Source: a virus (taxonomy: Duplodnaviria; Caudoviricetes). Taken from it: a stretch of DNA of 33,109 nt. Each line of letters begins with the position of its first letter. Within the stretch, counting starts at the first letter, position 1. The notes beneath the pieces are model-generated. The model was not told the origin of the DNA, ran no database searches, and was given only the letters and a program-made list of their open reading frames with translations. The DNA lies in IMG/VR virus record IMGVR_UViG_3300020045_001853, positions 1-33,109 of that record, one strand, 5' to 3'. The position numbers were made by a program, and so were the translations under genes. This document shows, in pieces, positions 26,832 through 33,109 of the stretch.

Positions 26832-27200
26832 ACGGGAATATTCTCGACCTTGTAAATTCATTCGGTCGGCTGGTTTATCTAAGTATGTGAATTGAAGTTC
26901 AGCACCAGATGAGAATACAATAGTTAAGTCCCTACTTTTTATTTTAATCTTAGGATCAATTTTAGAGTATAGATTAACTGCTGCATCAAATAAGCCGCCT
27001 GAGCCAGATAACATCTTAGTGGTCTTACGAATAATAACCGCACGGGTGCCGGGGTCATGAATAATTGGTAACATACTACCAAGTAAACACATACTCTTTC
27101 CAGCGAATGCAGCCCCCCCATACACGGTTAGGAAACTAGAACTCAGTAAAAATTGACTCTGGGGTTTTGATGCTGGACTAAATACAATATTACTATCCAT
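26832..27200 (-). CDS. terL: Terminase large subunit, exon 1 (Q motif, Walker A); spliced product 492 aa
   Basis: SKPQSQFL, YGGAAFAGKS Walker A and LQGREYS. SD AAGGAG. Confidence 0.9.
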
Positions 27201-28296
27201 TATTCTCCTTTAGAATGTTATTTAATGCTTGAACTAAGTCTTCTTGAATATCGGTGTTGTAACACTCAGTAAATCCATTGTACTTATGATACTTCTTCAT
27301 AGTCTTTGCATTAATTCTAAACCGCTTGAACTCAGAGTGCAATTTCTTTTCTATGTGCAAAGCAGCTAGACCAGTAATGACATCCATAGAGAACAATGTA
27401 TCAACCACTGAACCTTTTGGTAAACCGTAGCTACTACTCCTAATATCAATGTCTTTTGCATAACCTAGTTTTAACCAACTAAATTCAGGTGATGTTATTT
27501 TTAATAAATAGACTTTACTTGGCTTTGTATAGTGAGTATCACCACAATCTGTACAAGTCCAACTGCCATGCCTGACATGATCCATGCGTATGTCTTTATT
27601 ATGTCCACATTCCATTATGTAATTTCGTTTAATATCCGGTCTATCTGTAGCTGCCCCGTTGTAAATGAGCCCTACAGCAGATGCTTCACTCTTGTATTTA
27701 TCAACAACACAGTCTTGGCATACAACAGCACCTCTACCTACGCAAGCAGCATTAACATCACGTTTATGTCCGCACGAGTTAAACAAATAGTGTCTAAACA
27801 CACCCTTATTGTGGAGTGCAGCACCCAGATAAGTCATATCTATTTTCTCAGCATCAGCTACCAGTTTCTCCTCGTAGCATACAATACAAGATTGACCTGA
27901 ATCTTCTCCACTGTTGCGTTTAATTCGTTTACCTACGGCTTGTACGCGGAGTTTCAGAATATGACCACACGCTCCTCGTCTATACAAACGGTAGTCACTG
28001 TCATCAGTTAACGACACAAATGTAAAACCTGAGTTATTGCCTCTTGCAGAGTAATCAGCATCTAAGCAGATTGTACATCGTACACTATTCCTGCGAATGT
28101 GCGTCGGCTGAAGGTCACAAATATAGCCACATGTAATACACATGTACTGTTTATAATTTGCGTCGCCGTTAGTAGAAACTCCAAGGAGCAACATACTTGC
28201 TTTGCAACCCTCTCTGAAATGCTTATGCACTATAGAATTAGGAAGTAACTCAGTAAATAAGCTACCTGTAGTTTTCAATCTTTTATAGTTATCCAT
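27193..28296 (-). CDS. Free-standing putative homing endonuclease: four Zn-ribbon repeats + C-terminal GIY-YIG-like (T5orf172-type) domain
   Basis: Four CG(Y/H)...CxxC repeats, then KVYLLKI...LKLGYA....R...E..LH...GFTECY. AT-rich, inserted between terS and terL, overlapping the terL start by 8 nt. Confidence 0.72.
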   Translation of the reverse strand: MDNYKRLKTTGSLFTELLPNSIVHKHFREGCKASMLLLGVSTNGDANYKQYMCITCGYICDLQPTHIRRNSVRCTICLDADYSARGNNSGFTFVSLTDDSDYRLYRRGACGHILKLRVQAVGKRIKRNSGEDSGQSCIVCYEEKLVADAEKIDMTYLGAALHNKGVFRHYLFNSCGHKRDVNAACVGRGAVVCQDCVVDKYKSEASAVGLIYNGAATDRPDIKRNYIMECGHNKDIRMDHVRHGSWTCTDCGDTHYTKPSKVYLLKITSPEFSWLKLGYAKDIDIRSSSYGLPKGSVVDTLFSMDVITGLAALHIEKKLHSEFKRFRINAKTMKKYHKYNGFTECYNTDIQEDLVQALNNILKENNG

Positions 28297-28378
28297 ATTT
28301 CCCTATTAATACACCTCTAAGAATAACAAGGAAATGAGCGAGGGAACTCACTTGTCGGATGCCTCCTATCCTGTTATA
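28297..28378 (-). promoter_or_regulatory. Putative structured RNA leader, copy B
   Basis: ATAACAGGA-TAGG-AGGCAT-CC-GACAA-GTGAG-TTCCCTCG-CTCAT-T-TCCTTGTTAT; the loop CCTC pairs with downstream GAGG, and TTCCCT pairs with AGGGAA next to the ATG. Confidence 0.6.
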
Positions 28379-28383
28379 AATTA

Positions 28384-28728
28384 CTATTCGTCTTTTTGCG
28401 GTAGCATGTGTAATGTAAATGCTGGCTTATTATCTTGCTGAATTTCTTCTGCCTCTTCAGCATCATACCTATAATCATACAAATCCTTAAGTAAATCCTT
28501 GTATGTCTGGATAATCAAAGCTGCACTCCGTAACTTACCATTTTCTGATGCTTCTTTATTATCTAGAATATTAACTGCAGCTTGGATTGCCTTTGTTTGA
28601 ATTGGCTTCAGCTTGCGTACAAGCTCCATTAGACTTCGATTTCTCAAACTTTTATTAGTGGGCTTATCCGCATCTAGCACCTTGGGTCTTCCGTTGACAT
28701 TCCCACTCACACCTTTAACAAACGCCAT
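28384..28728 (-). CDS. terS: Terminase small subunit (probable)
   Basis: N-terminal FVKGVSGNVNGRPK motif, helical body, position upstream of terL. Confidence 0.7.
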   Translation of the reverse strand: MAFVKGVSGNVNGRPKVLDADKPTNKSLRNRSLMELVRKLKPIQTKAIQAAVNILDNKEASENGKLRSAALIIQTYKDLLKDLYDYRYDAEEAEEIQQDNKPAFTLHMLPQKDE

Positions 28729-28767
28729 ACTTCTGCTCCAATACCTATTATATTAAAATTAACTATC

Positions 28768-28841
28768 TGGTGCCCCGTGAATGAATCAAACATTCATCTA
28801 ACGCTTACAAGGCGTTTGTTCTGTCATTAAACTAACAGGGC
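28768..28841 (-). tRNA. tRNA-Thr(UGU)
   Basis: GCCCTGT/ACGGGGC acceptor stem, AACGC-CT TGT AA-GCGTT anticodon arm, GAATG/CATTC T stem, encoded CCA. Confidence 0.88.
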
Positions 28842-28847
28842 TATATC

Positions 28848-28933
28848 TGGTGGAGAACCTTGGGATCGAACCAAGCGTGTCTGTAAGACGGAGGATTTAC
28901 AGTCCCCTACATCACCGTTGATGCTTCTTCTCC
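28848..28933 (-). tRNA. tRNA-Tyr(GUA)
   Basis: GGGGA-CT GTA AA-TCCTC anticodon arm, long variable arm GTCT-TAC-AGAC, TTCGATC T loop, discriminator A and CCA. Confidence 0.9.
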
Positions 28934-29027
28934 AGTTATTACTTGCACTATACTCCACATTGAGCATAAGTTACTACTTGTTTATTATACTTGCACTACT
29001 TACCAACAAGTATATCGTGTACTAACC

Positions 29028-29264
29028 TCACAGACCATGTCCGAAATCCCCGTCATCCCAACGATCATCACCTGTATTACTCTCAGAATCGAATACAGCA
29101 GGTGTTCTACCTTGGTTCTGAATAAATGTAACCTCAAGCTCTACATCCTCGTCGTAACGCCCGTATTGACCTATAGCTACATCCTGTGCTTGGCACATGT
29201 GGCAGATAGTCGTGCGGTTATACGCTGTTAGACGGAAGGTGCTCCGACAGATTTCACATTGCAT
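29028..29264 (-). CDS. Small Zn-finger protein, unknown function
   Basis: CEIC...CHMC, acidic tail, SD AGAGG. Confidence 0.65.
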   Translation of the reverse strand: MQCEICRSTFRLTAYNRTTICHMCQAQDVAIGQYGRYDEDVELEVTFIQNQGRTPAVFDSESNTGDDRWDDGDFGHGL

Positions 29265-29289
29265 GTTATGCCTCTTTTATTCTTGTTGT

Positions 29290-29606
29290 TAGCGGATTAA
29301 TGCTTGAGGGTTAATGGTGGACTACAGCTTTGGTATATACCTAACTGTCTTGTATGTGTACAGCGTTCATGCTGTGCATTCACTAGTGCTAGTAACGGGT
29401 CTAGCCTTGCCGGCTTCTACGGTGGAGGAAATTCCAGTACACGGTAGAAGACCACAAGCGATTGACCGTAGATAGAAAGCTAGGTACTTATTCCACAGCA
29501 GTCAATAAGCGCTTAATGCTTATTCTTACGTCAGGATGTACTGTAGTTCAAACCTACGGTATAAATTGATTAGTTAACGGGCAGTTTATCGTGGAGTATT
29601 AACTAA
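29290..29606 (-). ncRNA. Possible structured non-coding RNA
   Basis: About 340 nt with no ORF of 60 aa or more in the track, but several nested inverted repeats (see findings). Confidence 0.3.
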
Positions 29607-29607
29607 G

Positions 29608-30579
29608 TCAAGCTAATCGGATACCTCGTAGAATATGTGCAACTACATCAACAGTCCAACCGTTACCTAGCATCTTGTAGCGCTGAGTGTCTGATACGCA
29701 AGATGTATAACCTAGTGGCACTGTCTGGAGTTTCTCACATTCTTCTGGTGTGAACTTACGAATTAACTCTTTTGTAATATCTTCAGCATCGTAAACATAG
29801 GTATCGCCACCAAAAGTAGCTACACCTTTAGCGTACCTTGCGGTCAATGTACCTGCCTTTTCAACATCAATCTTTCCGTTGTTATCCACACAGATAAAAG
29901 TACCGTTCAATGCAGTGTATCTAGCAGGTAAGCAGATTGCTTTGTCTTTACCTAAATCTGTGAGCTTTTTCTTAAGTCGATCCTTAGATGTAATGTAGAT
30001 TTTTGCTTTATCACTCAGATAGTACTTAAGATCAACAGGGTAACTGACCACATCATTTAATGTAATAAATTTGTCTTCTGGTTGACTAACATTTAAATTT
30101 GTCCAGTAAAGTCGCTTACGATTTTGGGCAGATACTAAATTAGAATTAATAACAACTGGTTGAGTCTTAACTAGCTCAGAGATTACATCTTGCCATTTAC
30201 GGAGCATACCAACATTCTCTAGGAGGAATACTTCAGGTGAAATCTCGTTCTTTAAGCGTAACCAGTGGTAGAACAATCCACTTTTACCATTTAGTCCTGT
30301 ACCATCTCCAAGATTAGACAGACTCTGACAAGGACTCCCACCGATCAATAGATCAATCTTACCTACGTTGAATTCTCTGTTCTCTGTGGAAAGAACACCA
30401 TCTTTGTAGCTAACCTTTGTAACGTCACCAATATGAATGATGTCAGGATAATTCGCTTTACTCACCTTGATAGCGTGCTTATCGACCTCACTTGCGTAGT
30501 AATTCTGCACCTCAATCCCAGCACGTTCTAGTGCAATACGACCACAGGACATTCCATCAAATAGACTCAAAACGTTCAT
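29608..30579 (-). CDS. DNA (cytosine-5)-methyltransferase
   Basis: Motif I LSLFDGMSCG, IV GGSPCQ, VI FLLENV, VIII QNRKRLYW and X RYKMLGNGW. Confidence 0.95.
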   Translation of the reverse strand: MNVLSLFDGMSCGRIALERAGIEVQNYYASEVDKHAIKVSKANYPDIIHIGDVTKVSYKDGVLSTENREFNVGKIDLLIGGSPCQSLSNLGDGTGLNGKSGLFYHWLRLKNEISPEVFLLENVGMLRKWQDVISELVKTQPVVINSNLVSAQNRKRLYWTNLNVSQPEDKFITLNDVVSYPVDLKYYLSDKAKIYITSKDRLKKKLTDLGKDKAICLPARYTALNGTFICVDNNGKIDVEKAGTLTARYAKGVATFGGDTYVYDAEDITKELIRKFTPEECEKLQTVPLGYTSCVSDTQRYKMLGNGWTVDVVAHILRGIRLA

Positions 30580-30630
30580 ATCTCTCCTTGTTTAAAACAC
30601 AATAGTACCACGGATTACGCACTCCAACGC

Positions 30631-31179
30631 TTAAGCACTCACCAAATACCTATTCAGCAGAACAGTGGAATTAATCACGAGCATTCTATGGAAGTTCTTA
30701 GCTGCTGTAATATCATGAAAGCTCTGATGTGTGCTGAACCCACCTTGCTTGAACCTAACCTTGTAGGAATAAACCTCAGTAGCATGTGGGATTAGCTTAG
30801 CGTAGCCCTTAAGATTCTGCAAAGCATCTCTGATCTTCGTGTATTCGAGCTTAGTTACAGCACCGAGGTTATACCCACGTAAATCCTCCTCGTTTAAATT
30901 CTTGAAGTACACAACGTGTTCTGGTGGTAGCTCTTTACCGTTCAACATCTCCCATGCTAGTATTGCTCCTTTTCTATTAGTGTTCTTACCAGTCAGTGTA
31001 GACCAGCAAGGAACCCGCATAGAATCGTCCAGAGGTAATTCCCTAGTGGTAGCCTTGGTCTTACGGTCAATGCGCCAGAAGGTGCCATTCAAGAGGTCGT
31101 AGGCTATGTTAGGGAAGGTTGAACTGTAGAGGAGCTTAGGTTGGGTGCAATTGATGTTAGTGTCTTGGGTAGAATTCAT
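30631..31179 (-). CDS. Degenerate HNH/AP2-like protein (likely nuclease-dead)
   Basis: ILAWEMLNGKELPPEHVVYFKNLNEEDLRGYNL aligns by eye to the HNH_3 pattern but lacks the catalytic His and Asn. AP2-like C-terminus. Confidence 0.55.
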   Translation of the reverse strand: MNSTQDTNINCTQPKLLYSSTFPNIAYDLLNGTFWRIDRKTKATTRELPLDDSMRVPCWSTLTGKNTNRKGAILAWEMLNGKELPPEHVVYFKNLNEEDLRGYNLGAVTKLEYTKIRDALQNLKGYAKLIPHATEVYSYKVRFKQGGFSTHQSFHDITAAKNFHRMLVINSTVLLNRYLVSA

Positions 31180-31210
31180 GTATTTCTCGCTTGAAGTATG
31201 GTATAAGTTG

Positions 31211-31239
31211 ATTGTAACATAGGTTATAACGGGTGTAAA
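31211..31239 (-). promoter_or_regulatory. Leftward sigma70-type promoter
   Basis: TTTACA-17 bp-TACAAT with TGn. Confidence 0.6.
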
Positions 31240-31255
31240 TATTTCTGTATTGAGC

Positions 31256-31284
31256 TTGTAATTCAGATGTAGTCATGCTATACT
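31256..31284 (+). promoter_or_regulatory. Rightward sigma70-type promoter (divergent pair)
   Basis: TTGTAA-17 bp-TATACT with TGn. Confidence 0.6.
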
Positions 31285-31329
31285 ACGTATACATAGAAAT
31301 TATCTATGCTTAATAACTAAAGGAAGAAC

Positions 31330-31584
31330 ATGAACTCTATTTTTGAAGTGCCATACTCTGTTTTGCTTAACAAAGAGATTAGCTCGTCCAGCAAGCTGGT
31401 ACTTTGTGTGCTGTACGCACTAGCTACGGACAATAAGCTCAAGATTTCACATGAGAAGCTCGGTGATATCCTTAGCTTAAGCCGCCTGACAGTACGGGAT
31501 GCGTTATTGCAATTGACGGAGGTTGGACTGATTAGTTCAACTCGGGATGATCGTGGTTGGTTTACTTATGAAGTGGAGGTGTAA
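31330..31584 (+). CDS. Winged helix-turn-helix protein (resembles N-terminal domain of phage replication initiators)
   Basis: ISSSSKLVLCVL...ISHEKLGDILSLSRLTVRDALLQLTEVGLI. Confidence 0.75.
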   Translation: MNSIFEVPYSVLLNKEISSSSKLVLCVLYALATDNKLKISHEKLGDILSLSRLTVRDALLQLTEVGLISSTRDDRGWFTYEVEV

Positions 31585-31585
31585 G

Positions 31586-31765
31586 ATGAAGTATTTAATG
31601 GAATACACAGAAGATCACTCAAACATAGTCAGGTACACTATTGTAGAAGGCAGCTCTATCGCAACATGGCGTGAGCTACAAGAGCTACATGACCCTAGAT
31701 ATAGGTATAATTCAATTAAGTTCTACCCATTAGGGAATAAACTAGAGTACAAACAAGGGGATTAA
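31586..31765 (+). CDS. Hypothetical protein (59 aa)
   Basis: SD GGAGGT before ATG 31586, tightly packed between neighbouring genes. Confidence 0.55.
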   Translation: MKYLMEYTEDHSNIVRYTIVEGSSIATWRELQELHDPRYRYNSIKFYPLGNKLEYKQGD

Positions 31766-31766
31766 A

Positions 31767-32441
31767 ATGAGTACACAAGAACTTGAGAACCAAGTGAAGA
31801 AACTAGCTGGGCTAGATGAATCATCCAGAGACTATCAGATTATGTTGGCTAACATCAAGGCATCAGCCAGTGCTCTTCTAGGTGGTACTAGCAGTAAGAT
31901 GTACCCCAGTCAGTCCGAGATTGAAGAATCAGTAATAGAGGCAATTGTTGACTGCAGGGACTCGGATGTTGAGATGAGTGATTATTTCAAGGAGTACGAG
32001 GGGTTCTTGGACAGTACTGTGTACAAGGAAGTAATCCAAGCACAAGTTAAGGTTCACTTCAGGGATTACTGCAATAAAGCATGTATGCCTTTTATCTATA
32101 GTAAACTGTTGCTAAGGGTGAACACACTACGTAGGCTTAGAACTGCACTTGAACTGTTCCAGTACATCTTAAATCTTCAAGCAATCATTGCAGAGCTACG
32201 TACAGATGTAAAAGAATCATCAAAGTACCCAAGTAAGCTCGTGATTGAGAACACAAGACTAAAGAATGAACTGGATAGCATCTACGAAGTCTACACATCA
32301 GATGATGAAGAAATAGACAAGTACTTTAAATACAAGAAACTTAAAGCTGACGGCTGCTCTGACCAAGAAGTTGCTAAGATACTTGGAGTATCACGCCCGA
32401 CTCTGCTGAAGATTGTCAGAGGGTATGCAACTGCAATGTAA
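31767..32441 (+). CDS. Coiled-coil protein with C-terminal helix-turn-helix
   Basis: CSDQEVAKILGVSRPTLLKIVR HTH preceded by a heptad-rich segment. Confidence 0.75.
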   Translation: MSTQELENQVKKLAGLDESSRDYQIMLANIKASASALLGGTSSKMYPSQSEIEESVIEAIVDCRDSDVEMSDYFKEYEGFLDSTVYKEVIQAQVKVHFRDYCNKACMPFIYSKLLLRVNTLRRLRTALELFQYILNLQAIIAELRTDVKESSKYPSKLVIENTRLKNELDSIYEVYTSDDEEIDKYFKYKKLKADGCSDQEVAKILGVSRPTLLKIVRGYATAM

Positions 32442-32567
32442 AGCTTTTTGTAAAGCGAGGGCTTAAAAACGGCCTTCTCTCTATAGAGGAACAGTATCTT
32501 TCGGATTATCTGTGGTTTACGTGTAGAACCAAATGTAAAGCTTTTTGTAAAGCGAGGGCTTAAAAAC
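32435..32567. repeat. Exact 36-bp direct repeat (2 copies, period 97) with internal TGTAAAGC boxes
   Basis: AATGTAAAGCTTTTTGTAAAGCGAGGGCTTAAAAAC at 32435-32470 and 32532-32567. Both copies are followed 9 nt later by TCTATAGAG. Confidence 0.92.
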
Positions 32568-33002
32568 AAGCGTTTGTCTATAGAGAGACAGGTACTTCAC
32601 GTATATCAGAGGTTGTACTTCAGTCCATACAAGTAAGTAAGAAAGACTAAATAGTAAACACAAACCAGAAGAACTACAGCTCCAATGGAAGTAACACCGT
32701 CTGGTCAGCTTAATAAACCAAGTTCTAACCAGACATTGCACCTTCAATTACAATGAAGTACACACAAATAATTAACCCTGTTGTGTTATCTTCTACAGTT
32801 TGTACTTTGTTGTATTTATTCTTTGTGGTTTATCTTTTCTATTGTTTCTATTTTAGTGCTAGATTAGTGCTAGACTGCAAGCTCACCTACCGATCTACGT
32901 ATGTATACCGTGCAATGAAATAAAGTTCACCTAAAGCTGCATCGCACGTAGAACATACGTTACAATCTGAACATACAAACTGAACATGAACGAAAGGTTA
33001 AC

Positions 33003-33109
33003 ATGGCAATCTACGAAGTAACAAATGTCTACACATACACAACTACTGTTAAAGTCCAAGCTTGTAGTGCAAGAGAAGCTAAAGAATTAGCCAAGGAGTT
33101 AGACGGAGA
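33003..33109 (+). CDS. Hypothetical protein, 3' truncated by window edge
   Basis: SD GAAAGG, MAIYEVTNVYTYTTTVKVQACSAREAKELAKELDG, open to the end of the window. Confidence 0.6.
   Translation, partial: MAIYEVTNVYTYTTTVKVQACSAREAKELAKELDG

Noticed and set aside
25475-27200. terL as a pseudogene, two separate genes or an intein-containing gene
   Set aside because: The interruption has a full group I intron core, and its precise removal restores the frame. It contains an in-frame stop, so it is not an intein.
28729-28767. HDV-like (theta) ribozyme in the tRNA 3' trailer
   Set aside because: The trailers are short and AT-rich (6 nt between the tRNAs, about 39 nt before terS), with no room for a nested double pseudoknot.
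32435-32567. Mini CRISPR array (36-bp repeat whose reverse complement starts GTTTTTA)
   Set aside because: There are only two copies with a 61-nt gap, similarity continues beyond the repeat (TCTATAGAG), the internal structure is direct and not palindromic, and no cas genes are in the window.
32291-32747. Minus-strand ORFs of 92 and 76 aa sharing VFKPSLYKKLYI
   Set aside because: The shared peptide is just the 36-bp DNA repeat in translation. One ORF is antisense to the HTH gene, and neither has a supporting SD.
1-33109. Stop-codon reassignment
   Set aside because: Genes are full length in the standard code and end in TAA, TGA and TAG. Neither tRNA is a suppressor.

Overview
This window is part of a tailed-phage (siphovirus-like) genome; the lysis and tail genes resemble those of proteobacterial phages. 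On the + strand at the left end are the 3' part of a ribonucleotide reductase and a thioredoxin. These converge at a bidirectional terminator with a long minus-strand morphogenesis region. Read in its direction of transcription, that region holds: a degenerate HNH protein, a C5 DNA methyltransferase, a structured non-coding stretch, tRNA-Tyr and tRNA-Thr, terS, a zinc-ribbon/GIY-YIG-like free-standing endonuclease, and terL split by an ORF-less group I intron. It continues with the portal, an SGNH-hydrolase fibre, a ChaB-like fibre, the protease, scaffold, decoration and capsid proteins, a GIY-YIG+HNH endonuclease, neck and tail genes, a tail chaperone needing a +1 frameshift, the tape measure, tail tip and fibre, four membrane/holin-like genes and a GH19 endolysin. 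At the right end a divergent + strand unit encodes two HTH proteins, followed by an exact 36-bp direct repeat and an AT-rich tract. The most novel-looking signal is a shared, covarying, pseudoknotted ~80-nt RNA leader in front of both intact-looking but unrelated free-standing endonuclease genes. All calls come from reading the sequence by eye; no database searches were run.
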